From assembly GCA_047651235.1 (NCBI GenBank), contig CP178758.1, positions 630,001 through 662,000 on the forward strand: a stretch of 32,000 nt of DNA. Reading direction: 5' to 3'. The position numbers and the translations under genes were made by a program. This DNA is from Candidatus Electrothrix yaqonensis (GTDB lineage: Bacteria > Desulfobacterota > Desulfobulbia > Desulfobulbales > Desulfobulbaceae). Position 1 is the first letter of the stretch. Every line of letters starts with the position of its first letter. Shown here one piece after another: positions 1 through 10,687 of this stretch. The notes beneath the pieces are model-generated. The model did not search any database. It was not told where the DNA came from and saw only the letters and a program-made list of their open reading frames with translations.

Positions 1-15
1 ATTCTACTTTGGCAC

Positions 16-474
16 TCACAAAGGCTGTGGTAATAATTTGCAATTCCGTTGTTTCTCATATGCGAAATCAATCGAAGCTTGCCTCTTTTCATGCCGTTGA
101 CAAAGCTGTCTTATAACTTCATCTTCGTTTACATCTCGACGTGGAAGAATTGACTTGAGTAATGTTGTTATATCAGCGCAACTCAATAACGGGACACCGA
201 CTTGATGGTATAATCGTTGCTCGACCATAAACAACATGGCCATCATGACCATAGTCATATGATGATGCCAAGCCAGCCATCCCCGAGCCTGATAATCACC
301 CATTCCACATTCATTTTTTGCATCCTGAAATGGCCGTTCAACCCAATATCGTTGAGCTTGCATATATGCAAGTCGTCTTGTTGACGTGTTACTTTCCGCA
401 TTACTTAGGCTATATTTAATTTTTTTCGGGGACTTAACCTCACGTCTGACAACTAATTCTACTTTGGTGACCAT
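16..474 (-). pseudogene. IS701-family transposase, C-terminal fragment
   Basis: The 152-aa ORF begins inside the element and carries only the C-terminal DDE-region motifs. The upstream catalytic middle part is missing. Confidence 0.6.
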
Positions 475-572
475 ACCATTAACTATTTAATAATATTAAT
501 AATACTAAAAACAGGGGTTTTTAAATACTTAATAAAAATAAGCTAGTTATGTTTATGATCGCCAAAGTAGAA
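457..572. mobile_element. 116-bp AT-rich miniature element nested in the IS, bounded by the IS's own terminal repeat
   Basis: TTCTACTTTGG at 457-467 and its exact inverse CCAAAGTAGAA at 562-572 flank about 90 bp of very AT-rich non-coding DNA. The same 11-mer forms the outer IS ends. The insert sits exactly where the transposase reading frame breaks (…NCQV|VLLWRS*). Confidence 0.45.
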
Positions 573-1004
573 CTACTTGACAGTTGTCGGTTTTACCAAG
601 CTGCCCGCACCATTGACGAGAAACCCCAACAGACATTTTACCCTTTTTGGGTATCCCGGATTCATCAATTAAAAGAGCGCTATCTTCCTTTCCTCCTAAA
701 AGTTTATCTGCATCTTTAGCTACTTGGTTGTTTACAGGACGCCAATCCCAGTTCGAGTCGGAAAGAAAATACTGGAGGGGCTCATATTTAACGCCCGGAA
801 CCTTTTCCTCCATACGTTCCATGTTTTTTTGTCAGACTGGAATAAACCTTTCAAGTATTGGAATGCTTTATCTGACAAACTTACTGTATGTCTCTTAAAA
901 AAGAGATGATATCTTTCGTGAAAAGACGTAAGTTGCCGGGCGATGCCGGTCAACTCAAAGAATTTGTCATGGGGACTTCTTTTTTCGGGGCTGGGAGCGT
1001 TCAT
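553..1004 (-). pseudogene. IS701-family transposase, N-terminal part, frameshifted
   Basis: Two overlapping minus-strand ORFs (732-1004 and 553-822) together read as one N-terminal transposase region (…YLKGLFQSDKK / MERMEEKVPGVKYEPLQYFLSDSNWDW…IDESGIPKKGKMSVGVSRQW). The frames switch at a T7 homopolymer at 824-830. Confidence 0.55.
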
Positions 1005-1189
1005 AAAAAGAATAAAGTTATAATCAGGGCGATTGACGGGTATTTTTTTGATAGCTGTTATCAGGTGCTATCTTGATCAAAAAGCGATAAAATTTTCCTA
1101 ATGAAAGATACAACTTTATCCGGATACTGCAAGAAGTTTTTACAAATAGATCAAAAGGTTATGGTTGACAAAGTAGAAGTAATCGTATG

Positions 1190-1696
1190 CTAATCAATCG
1201 GTAACTTCTGTTTCAATTTTTCTTCCTCTTCGTACATGCTGTCCAATGTCTGCTCAATAAGATCAATGATGGAATCAATATTTTCTAATTCCTCGGTACC
1301 GTGAACAACGTTTCGAACGTAACCAGCAATTTTTCCATAAGGTGACTCTTCCACATATACTTTTGCATATAGGACTGTTAGATCGCCATGCGCGTGTATT
1401 TGATCCCGTGCATCTATAATCCTTTGGTGCAGAGATAAATACTCAGGAGGTATACAATTCTGATCAAGTTGATGTTGATTAAGCTTTCCTTTAGCATTCT
1501 TGATATTCCCATACGAGTGTTTGTATGGTTTACAGTACTCGATGAGTGCAAACTGAAAAGCAGCATTAACTAATATTGGAGTTCCTGCTCCGGTCTTTAT
1601 CTCCTTTAATATTCTCCAAGCCGTATTCAGGTGCCAGATGCTCTCTCGGAAGAATACGAAATAGTCTCTTGCTGGTGTCATATATCTAAAGTACAA
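1190..1696 (-). CDS. Hypothetical protein, possible HEPN-type (Abi-like) domain
   Basis: The 168-aa ORF is AT-rich and abuts the IS end. The motif ARDQIHAHGD (about 1382-1408) fits the HEPN Rx4-6H signature in the RxxxxAHxD form seen in AbiU2-like families. This assignment is from memory, not from an HMM. Confidence 0.4.
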   Translation of the reverse strand: MYFRYMTPARDYFVFFRESIWHLNTAWRILKEIKTGAGTPILVNAAFQFALIEYCKPYKHSYGNIKNAKGKLNQHQLDQNCIPPEYLSLHQRIIDARDQIHAHGDLTVLYAKVYVEESPYGKIAGYVRNVVHGTEELENIDSIIDLIEQTLDSMYEEEEKLKQKLPID

Positions 1697-1979
1697 TTAT
1701 ATTTTGGGGTTCATTAATCAACTAACGGTAAGCCTCATAACTGCTTCTGTCAACTGGAAAAGGAGGAGCCTTCTCCCTTCACTCCCCGCCGTTAAAACGG
1801 CGCGCTATTCTCTGCCGCCCCTCCGGGGCTGGGGCCGGAGGAAGACAGCGTCCCGGAGGTACTGCCGGAAATAGCCCGGTCTTTCAAGACCGGGATCGAA
1901 CTTCAAGCCCCTGTCCAGCGTAGACACGAAGAATTTCCCTCTGCCCTTCACCCATCGGGCCGATACCAAAGAAGATTAG

Positions 1980-4313
<2,334 letters not shown>

Positions 4314-4679
4314 TCGGAACATCTTTGCCCCGATGCAGTCATCGGAGTGCTGGGCAGAACTGTTCGCAAGCGCTCTGCCTGTTACACCACGCAGATGGTA
4401 TTGCAGAGTTTCTGCAGGTAAAGGGAGGCAGGGTGCAGCTTTGAGGGAGCTGGAAATTGCTTCGCTCTCCCCAATCTGCAGGACGATCCACAGGCCAGTT
4501 TTAAGGTTATGATTTTGCTGCGTACCGTTATCCTGTTGCTCATTCTTGCATTCGGACTAATAGGATCAGAGCAATATGCCTCGTTGAAAATCTGGTCGCA
4601 TGTGCCCTATAATGTGGATCAGGAAAAGGTATTGGTTGGCGAGCCGGATTATCTATTGGGTACTTAACAAAGTTAATCA

Positions 4680-5027
4680 TTGAAAACAGGTACTCATAAG
4701 GTGAATCTGCTGTTTGTCTGTAGCGAAAATAAATTAAGGAGTCCGACAGGAGAGGAGATCTTTTCAAAATATGAGGGTATTAACGCTATCGGAGCGGGCA
4801 CCAATAAGGATGCGGTCACACCCGTAAGCGGTGACTTGATTGAATGGGCGGACATCATTTTTGTTATGGAAAAATCTCATCGCAACAAAGTATCGAAAAA
4901 ATTCAGCCCGTTGCTGAAAGGAAAAAAGTTGGTTTGTCTCGATATTCCGGATAAATATGAACGTATGGAACCGCAGTTAATTCGCTCGCTTGAGGCCAGA
5001 GTTTCCAAGCATGTTCTGCTGAAATAG
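4680..5027 (+). CDS. Small low-molecular-weight phosphotyrosine-phosphatase-like protein (COG4551-type)
   Basis: CX5R(S) P-loop motif LLFVCSENKLRSP near the N-terminus; length about 110 aa. The start is uncertain: TTG at 4680 or GTG at 4701. Confidence 0.7.
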   Translation: MKTGTHKVNLLFVCSENKLRSPTGEEIFSKYEGINAIGAGTNKDAVTPVSGDLIEWADIIFVMEKSHRNKVSKKFSPLLKGKKLVCLDIPDKYERMEPQLIRSLEARVSKHVLLK

Positions 5028-5229
5028 ACGATCTGTTGAACTAAACGAGAAACAGGAGCAGGAGATGCCTGGAGCAAGGCATGTTTACACGAGAACCTCA
5101 GCAGATATCGGCAACAAGAGAGCTCCAGGTGGTCTTTGATACGTTAAACTGGGTGTTCAGTGAAATTAATCCGTGAAATGACCTTTGTGGTCGGAATCAT
5201 TCAGTTGATGAATTGGCGAAAAAATTATT

Positions 5230-5528
5230 GTGAATTCTAAATCCAATAGAATAGCTCTGCTGATTGACGCGGATAACATTTCACATATTTCTATTGAACT
5301 GATATCAATACACTGAGAAATGCTATTGCGGTATCATGGACAAACGGCGAATGGGTGCCGCTTTCGACAGTCGGTTCATATCTGTCAAAGCATGCTTTTT
5401 TTGGTCCGAAAGACTATGGTTTTACCCGGTTGAGCGATCTGATGAAGCAAATCGATCTTTTTGAGATAAAGCGGGGAAAGGGGCAAAGTTATATTGTACG
5501 GGATATACGCAATAAAAAGGCAACCTGA
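5230..5528 (+). pseudogene. NYN-domain/LOTUS(OST-HTH) protein remnant with internal deletion and frameshift
   Basis: The first 28 codons (VNSKSNRIALLIDADNISHISIELISIH*) match the NYN-domain N-terminus and stop at 5314-5316. A different frame from 5298 reads …WTNGEWVPLSTVGSYLSKHAFFGPKDYGFTRLSDLMKQIDLFEIKRGKGQSYIVRD…*, a typical C-terminal LOTUS/OST-HTH domain. About 200 aa of NYN core are absent. Confidence 0.5.
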
Positions 5529-5574
5529 CCCTGTTATTCCATTTTCTGAATTTCAACAAACAGGAGGATACACC

Positions 5575-6366
5575 ATGAAGAAAGCAATACTCACTGCCTG
5601 CAGTCTGTTTGCCCTGCTGGTCGCCAGCCCGGTTATGGCGGAAGATGTCAATGTGGAAGAGGTCATTAACAAGGCCAACTTGGCTGCCTATTATGCCGGT
5701 GATGACGGCAAGGCTGAGGTTAACATGACCATCACGGACAGCCAGGGCCGTGAACGCAACCGCGAGTTCATCATTCTTCGTAAGGACAAGGAAGACGGCG
5801 GACCGCAGTTCTTTTACGTTTATTTCAAGAAACCTTCGGATGTCAGCAAGATGGTCTTTATGGTCCATAAAAATGTGGACAAGGACGATGACCGCTGGAT
5901 GTACCTGCCTGCCCTGGATCTGGTCAAGCGGATTGCCGCCTCGGACAAACGTACCTCCTTTGTCGGCAGTAATTTCATGTACGAGGATGTCTCCGGCCGG
6001 AATCTGTCTGAGGATACCCGTGAGCTGGTGAAGAGTACCGACACCCATTATGTGATCAAGAATACCCCCAAGAAGCCGGATGATGTGGAGTTCTCTTCCT
6101 ATACGGTGCAGATCGACAAAAAAACCTTCCTGCCGGTCAAGGCGGTCTACCTGGACAAGAACGGCAAGGAGTACCGCATTGTCGAGGCCACAAAGGTTGA
6201 GGAAGTTGACGGCATTCCCACAGTGACCGAATCCAAGGTGACCGATCTGGCAGCAGGCAGTCACACCGTGTCCAAATTCAGTAATGTGAAGTACAATATC
6301 GGGCTGAAGGAAAATATCTTCACAGAGCGCTACCTGCGCCGGCCGCCCCGTGAAGCCAGAAGATAG
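5575..6366 (+). CDS. Outer-membrane lipoprotein-sorting (LolA-like) family protein
   Basis: Signal peptide MKKAILTACSLFALLVASPVMA; AGGAGG RBS at 5562-5567. Family-typical motifs DDRWMYLPALDLVKRIAASDKRTSFVGSNFMYEDV. The internal ATG at 5575 was used rather than the ORF-track start at 5494. Confidence 0.7.
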   Translation: MKKAILTACSLFALLVASPVMAEDVNVEEVINKANLAAYYAGDDGKAEVNMTITDSQGRERNREFIILRKDKEDGGPQFFYVYFKKPSDVSKMVFMVHKNVDKDDDRWMYLPALDLVKRIAASDKRTSFVGSNFMYEDVSGRNLSEDTRELVKSTDTHYVIKNTPKKPDDVEFSSYTVQIDKKTFLPVKAVYLDKNGKEYRIVEATKVEEVDGIPTVTESKVTDLAAGSHTVSKFSNVKYNIGLKENIFTERYLRRPPREARR

Positions 6367-6375
6367 GAACACGTT

Positions 6376-7668
6376 ATGAAGAAAGTACGTTTTACAGGCA
6401 TCGTCCTGTCCGCCCTGCTGGCCTGCAGTGCCGGGACAGCAGCGGCTGAGGGGGATGACAGGTCGCTGACCGACCGGCTCTACGATGATTACGGCATTGA
6501 AATGCTCGGTTTTGCCGAGACCCGCTGGGGATCCCGGCTGGTGGATGATGAGCATGAAGATACCCTGAGCATCGGCGAGGCCCGTGCCCAGCTGGAGTTG
6601 ACCCGCTTCTTTGATGCCTTTACCCTCCAATTCAAAGGCGATCTGCTGGCTGATGCCGTGACCGAGGAACTGGACGCGGACGTCCGGGAGCTGAACGCGG
6701 CGTTCCGGCCCAGCGATATCCTGGATGTCAAGATCGGCCGCATGGTCTCCACCTGGGGAACCGGTGATCTGGTTTTTATCAATGATATGTTTCCCAAGGA
6801 CTGGCAGTCCTTTTTCATCGGCCGGGATGACGAGTACCTCAAGCAGGCATCCAATGCCGTCCGCACCGGGATCTTTCTCGGCGATTATACCATTGACGTG
6901 GTCTACACCCCGCGCTTCCAGGGATCCGAGTACGTTAAAGGCGAGCGGCTTTCCTATTTTAATCCCGGTGCCGGGCAGATTGTCGGCGAGAACATGATCA
7001 TGGCTGATGACAAGCCGGATGACTATTTTCAGGATGACGAGACTGCTGTGCGCCTGTCCCGCAGATTCGGCGGGGTCGAGGCGGCCCTGTACGGCTATAT
7101 GGGGTTCTGGCAGGAGCCGGAGGGCATGGATGCCACCACAGGCAAGGCCATCTATCCCCGGCTCAATGTCTGGGGTGCTTCGGCCCGTTCACCCCTACTG
7201 GGCGGTATCGGCAATATCGAAGCAGGCTATTACGACTCCTTTGATGACGGGGACGGCCTGAATCCGTATATCCGGCCTTCGGAATACCGTTTCCTGCTCG
7301 GTTTCGAGCGGGAACTGGCCCATGAGCTTACCGGTGGATTCCAGTATTATCTGGAAATGATCGACGAATACGAAAACTATGAGCAGACTGTCGCGCCGGG
7401 TATGGAGGCCAGGGATGAGTACCGGCAGATGCTGACCATGCGCCTGACCAAGCTGCTCATGCAGCAGACTTTGACTCTGTCGCTTTTTGTTTATTATTCG
7501 CCTACGGATCAGGACGGCTATGTCCGGCCCAAATTCAAATATAAAGTAACCGATAACTGGCTGGTGGACGGCGGTTTCAATCTGTTCTGGGGAGAGGATG
7601 AGCACACCTTCTGGGGCAGGTTTCAGGACAACACCAACGCCTTTGTCGGTGTACGCTACAGTTTTTAA
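6376..7668 (+). CDS. Outer-membrane beta-barrel (porin-like) protein, partner of the LolA-like gene
   Basis: Signal peptide (…LLACSAGTAAAEG), alternating amphipathic beta-strand pattern and a C-terminal …VGVRYSF aromatic terminus typical of BAM substrates. It starts 10 nt after the upstream gene. Confidence 0.55.
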   Translation: MKKVRFTGIVLSALLACSAGTAAAEGDDRSLTDRLYDDYGIEMLGFAETRWGSRLVDDEHEDTLSIGEARAQLELTRFFDAFTLQFKGDLLADAVTEELDADVRELNAAFRPSDILDVKIGRMVSTWGTGDLVFINDMFPKDWQSFFIGRDDEYLKQASNAVRTGIFLGDYTIDVVYTPRFQGSEYVKGERLSYFNPGAGQIVGENMIMADDKPDDYFQDDETAVRLSRRFGGVEAALYGYMGFWQEPEGMDATTGKAIYPRLNVWGASARSPLLGGIGNIEAGYYDSFDDGDGLNPYIRPSEYRFLLGFERELAHELTGGFQYYLEMIDEYENYEQTVAPGMEARDEYRQMLTMRLTKLLMQQTLTLSLFVYYSPTDQDGYVRPKFKYKVTDNWLVDGGFNLFWGEDEHTFWGRFQDNTNAFVGVRYSF

Positions 7669-7698
7669 CAAGGTTCCGGAAGGAACCGGGAGGCAGGT

Positions 7699-7941
7699 AT
7701 GATTGTAACAGACTGGATTCACAGTATTGCAGGTTTTTTTGTCATCCTCGGCTTGGCCCTGGGCTTTGACTGCGGTGGCAGTCCGCTTTTTGTCCATCAG
7801 TATTTTCTCTTTCTGCCGCTTTTTGTCGGCCTGAACCTGTTTCAGTTCGGTTTCACGAAATTCTGCCCGTTAGGCATTATTCTGAAAAAGATGGGCGTGC
7901 CGGAAACTAGGCAGGGAGGCGGAAGTTGCTGCGGGAAGTAA
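7699..7941 (+). CDS. DUF2892 (YgaP-like) small membrane protein
   Basis: 80 aa with two TM helices and the characteristic GLNLFQFGFTKFCPLG motif. RBS GGGAGG lies upstream. Confidence 0.6.
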   Translation: MIVTDWIHSIAGFFVILGLALGFDCGGSPLFVHQYFLFLPLFVGLNLFQFGFTKFCPLGIILKKMGVPETRQGGGSCCGK

Positions 7942-8034
7942 GGCTGAGTTACGGGTAGTTTCCGGTCGGCTCACGCTCTCCTGACGTACAGAAGCGGTCA
8001 GTGAATCTTTTCCGTTGTCGGCGAGGATTTTGAT

Positions 8035-8301
8035 ATGCCTGAATTATGCAGATTCTACAACATCGTCATCAAAATGCTGTTTTCCGACAACGTACAGCAC
8101 AACAAGCCGCACATTCATGTCTACTACAATGAATACGAGGCATCTGTCGGAGTTGACGGGGAATTTCTGGCAGGCAGCCTGCCGGTCAAACAACTGCGGC
8201 TGGTTCTGGCATGGATAACGATCCATGAGGATGAATTGTATGCCGCCTGGAACAAAGCGGTCAGAAATGAACCGTTCGGAAAAATTGAACCGTTAAGATA
8301 A
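8035..8301 (+). CDS. DUF4160 domain protein
   Basis: The N-terminus MPELCRFYNIVIKMLFSDNVQHNKPHIHVYY matches the DUF4160 hallmark (FYGIxIxMYxxDHxPPHFHxxY). Confidence 0.7.
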   Translation: MPELCRFYNIVIKMLFSDNVQHNKPHIHVYYNEYEASVGVDGEFLAGSLPVKQLRLVLAWITIHEDELYAAWNKAVRNEPFGKIEPLR

Positions 8302-8313
8302 GGGAGATGCGGC

Positions 8314-8652
8314 ATGTATACTGTTGATGGCATTGCTTATGCCGGTGAACCTCAGCCCCTTCTCCGGGTTGTCTCAGTGCATCCGCTGAACGACTGGAAA
8401 CTCCGACTGCGCTTTTCCACGGAGGAGGTAAAAATATTTGATTTCAGTCCTCTCCTTGACGACCCCGGCTTCAAACCACTGCAGGATGAAACCGTTTTCA
8501 GAAATGTATCTCTTGAACACGGAGTTCCTGTCTGGTGCAGCGGCCAAATAGATATTGCTCCGGAAAAACTCTATCAGGGCGGAATATCGGAAGATAATCC
8601 GCCGTCCTGCGACACTTTAGAGCAGGCCGGAAATTCTTCTTCTGTCGCCTAA
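8314..8652 (+). CDS. DUF2442 domain protein
   Basis: Pattern …VVSVHPLNDWKLRLRFSTEEVKIFDFSPLLD…PLQDETVFRNVSLEHGVPVW… is typical of DUF2442. It starts 13 nt after the DUF4160 gene, the classical pairing. Confidence 0.7.
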   Translation: MYTVDGIAYAGEPQPLLRVVSVHPLNDWKLRLRFSTEEVKIFDFSPLLDDPGFKPLQDETVFRNVSLEHGVPVWCSGQIDIAPEKLYQGGISEDNPPSCDTLEQAGNSSSVA

Positions 8653-8671
8653 AGGCGGAATCTAAAAAATA

Positions 8672-9340
8672 TCATTTTATCGTCTTATTTTGTAACTTCC
8701 ATTCTTCAAGTGTTTCTTTTGATGGATATTTTGTCTTCGATGTAACGATTACAGACTGTATAGCAACAACCTGATGTTTTGTATTATCAAATAATTGAAT
8801 CTGAAATTTAGGGCGTTCTTTTATGTCGTCAATAAAAGGAGCGATAACTTGAAATCTTATTTCTATATCACGCCCTTCGTTGTCAATAAATGGAAATATT
8901 GTACATAACGGTCTGCTTATTTCTTTTTTATTAATATCTAATAGTTTAAAATCGGTTTTTTTATTAGTTGAATTTATTTGACTTATTGATACATTATCAA
9001 TGAATCCAGGAAAGAAGAAAGACTTGTTTTTAATACGAAAACTTGTAATAAGAATATCTTTTTTAACTCCATTTTCATAGGTGGAAAGATGTTCAAATGG
9101 GAGTATTCCTTTAGGACTATATTTTCGATCAATATATAGTTCAGGTTTTCCATTATATTTAATGTAATTAGTCATAAATGGAGCTGAGAAAGCTGCTGCA
9201 ATACCTATGATAGGTAGTATTTTACTCAATTTACTTATTATAGATTTCTTCTTTTTTATATTATTTACTCGCGTTACAGGTCGTTTTGTTTGTCGCGTTT
9301 TATTAGATCGATTTCTCTTGTTACGTCTTTTCTTTTTCAT
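8672..9340 (-). CDS. Hypothetical membrane-anchored protein with polybasic N-terminus
   Basis: The 222-aa ORF is markedly AT-rich. It has a K/R-rich N-terminus (MKKKRRNKRNRSNKTRQTKR…), one TM helix (ILPIIGIAAAFSAPFM), then a beta-rich domain. I recognise no family. Confidence 0.5.
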   Translation of the reverse strand: MKKKRRNKRNRSNKTRQTKRPVTRVNNIKKKKSIISKLSKILPIIGIAAAFSAPFMTNYIKYNGKPELYIDRKYSPKGILPFEHLSTYENGVKKDILITSFRIKNKSFFFPGFIDNVSISQINSTNKKTDFKLLDINKKEISRPLCTIFPFIDNEGRDIEIRFQVIAPFIDDIKERPKFQIQLFDNTKHQVVAIQSVIVTSKTKYPSKETLEEWKLQNKTIK

Positions 9341-9438
9341 CGTTACTTTTCAAACTATTATATGATCCGACTAAGGAGAGTACTTGACACCCCGGTCCAA
9401 AGGACGGGGTCATTCATTTTCGTTTTTCCAGCGAAGTT

Positions 9439-10494
9439 CTATTTTTCCTCCTGACGCGGTTTCACCAAGGCTGCCAACCGATCCACCTCCTTACGCAGCC
9501 GCCGCAGCTCCCTGAACATCTCCGGCAGACGGCTGAACACGGCAGATGCCCTGCCCCATTTTTTCACATCAATGGCCGGAATCCCGCCGACAACGGCTCC
9601 TTTCTTCTGATCGTTATGCACACCGGATTTCCCCGCGACCATCACGCCGTCATCAAGATGTACATGCCCCGTGACAGCGGCCTGACCGGCTATAATAACA
9701 TTGCGGCCCAAGGTCGTGCTGCCGGCAATTCCGGCTTGACCGACTAAAATTGAATTTTCCCCGATCACGCAGTTATGCGCGACCATGACCAGATTGTCAA
9801 TGCGAACCCCGCGTTTCACGTGGGTTACGTTGAAGGCGGCCCGGTCCACGCAGGCATTTGCGCCGATCTGCACGTCATCATCAAGCCGTACTGTCCCCAC
9901 CTGGGGATTACTGACGTGTTCACCGGTGGCCGGGTCTATGGCAAAGCCGAACCCGTCACTGCCTATAATCGCCCCGTGATGGAGCACCACCCGGTTACCG
10001 AGAGAGCAGCCGTATGACACAACAGCATTGGCGTGCAACACGCAGTCATCGCCGATCCGGACATCATCCCCGATCACCACACCCGGCGCAATCAGCACCC
10101 GGTCGCCGATGCTTACCCGGTCGCCGATACAGGCCAGAGCAGCAATGGAAACCTGCTCACTGATTGTGCAGTCCCTGCCGATAACCGCCCGTTCATGAAT
10201 CCCTGCCACCTGAAATTCCTCGGCCAGCAGGTAATTATGAATCTTGGCTGCAGAAAGATCGACATTATCGACGCGGATCAGCGGGATTTCCGCCTCACTG
10301 AAATCCACCGGAACAATGCAGGCTGATGCCTTGCTTGCGGCCAGCTGGTCAGCCAGTTTTGCGTTGTTAATAAAGGTCAGCTGACCGGGCTCGGCCAACT
10401 CCAAATTATTCAGAGTCGTGACCGTGATACGTTCATCGCCGGAAACTGTCCCGCCGACCAGAGCGGCGAGTTCACCAAGGGTTGCTGTGTTCAT
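9439..10494 (-). CDS. lpxD: UDP-3-O-(3-hydroxyacyl)glucosamine N-acyltransferase LpxD
   Basis: LpxD-type N-terminal domain (LGELAALVGG…) followed by a long left-handed beta-helix of hexapeptide repeats and a C-terminal helical tail. Confidence 0.9.
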   Translation of the reverse strand: MNTATLGELAALVGGTVSGDERITVTTLNNLELAEPGQLTFINNAKLADQLAASKASACIVPVDFSEAEIPLIRVDNVDLSAAKIHNYLLAEEFQVAGIHERAVIGRDCTISEQVSIAALACIGDRVSIGDRVLIAPGVVIGDDVRIGDDCVLHANAVVSYGCSLGNRVVLHHGAIIGSDGFGFAIDPATGEHVSNPQVGTVRLDDDVQIGANACVDRAAFNVTHVKRGVRIDNLVMVAHNCVIGENSILVGQAGIAGSTTLGRNVIIAGQAAVTGHVHLDDGVMVAGKSGVHNDQKKGAVVGGIPAIDVKKWGRASAVFSRLPEMFRELRRLRKEVDRLAALVKPRQEEK

Positions 10495-10590
10495 AGAGTT
10501 CCTGTTCTGACATGTTATTCTTCTGTGCAGAAAAACATAGCGTATTTATCCGGCAGGGTAAAGAGGCACCGATTCGGATTTTATTTTTTT

Positions 10591-10620
10591 TTGACATATA
10601 CCGCAGCGTGGTGATAGCAT
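10591..10620 (+). promoter_or_regulatory. Putative sigma70 promoter of the TM2 gene
   Basis: TTGACA (10591-10596), an 18-nt spacer, then TAGCAT (10615-10620) with TGa immediately upstream (extended -10) and a T-rich UP-like tract. Confidence 0.35.
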
Positions 10621-10687
10621 ACGTCTGTTCATCGAACATGCGAGGAAACAAAAAAATGTATCAGGCAACATAAAAAGGAGAAGAGTT

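Larger units (their letters stand above)
2..1178 (-). mobile_element. Degenerate IS701-family insertion sequence
   Basis: Minus-strand transposase fragments carry IS701/IS4-like motifs (SRQWCGQLGKTDNCQV; YWVERPFQDAKNECGMGDYQARGWLAWHHHMT). The terminal inverted repeat is TTCTACTTTGG at 2-12 versus CAAAGTAGAA at 1169-1178, and the 2-12 copy lies 3 nt past the transposase stop. The element is AT-rich relative to the neighbouring katG. Confidence 0.6.

Noticed and set aside
1740-1975. A GC-rich, hairpin-rich spacer between the AT-rich ORF and katG (for example CGCCG-ttaaaa-CGGCG near 1788-1803 and CCCGGTC-tttcaa-GACCGGG near 1875-1894). It could be an ncRNA, a REP-like element or a gene remnant.
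   Set aside because: I could not fit it to a tRNA or riboswitch fold, to a convincing protein remnant in any frame, or to a PerR/OxyR-type operator. It is left unassigned.
4509-4667. A 52-codon ORF (MILLRTVILLLILAFGLIGSEQYASLKIWSHVPYNVDQEKVLVGEPDYLLGT*) with an N-terminal hydrophobic helix, 13 nt upstream of the phosphatase-like gene.
   Set aside because: It is plausible as a small membrane or secreted peptide, but it has only a weak RBS (AAGG) and no recognisable family. The evidence is too thin to call it a gene.
5422-6630. A 402-aa minus-strand ORF overlapping the LolA-like gene and the start of the barrel gene.
   Set aside because: It is antisense to two well-supported secreted-protein genes. 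Its translation is featureless, so it is a shadow ORF.
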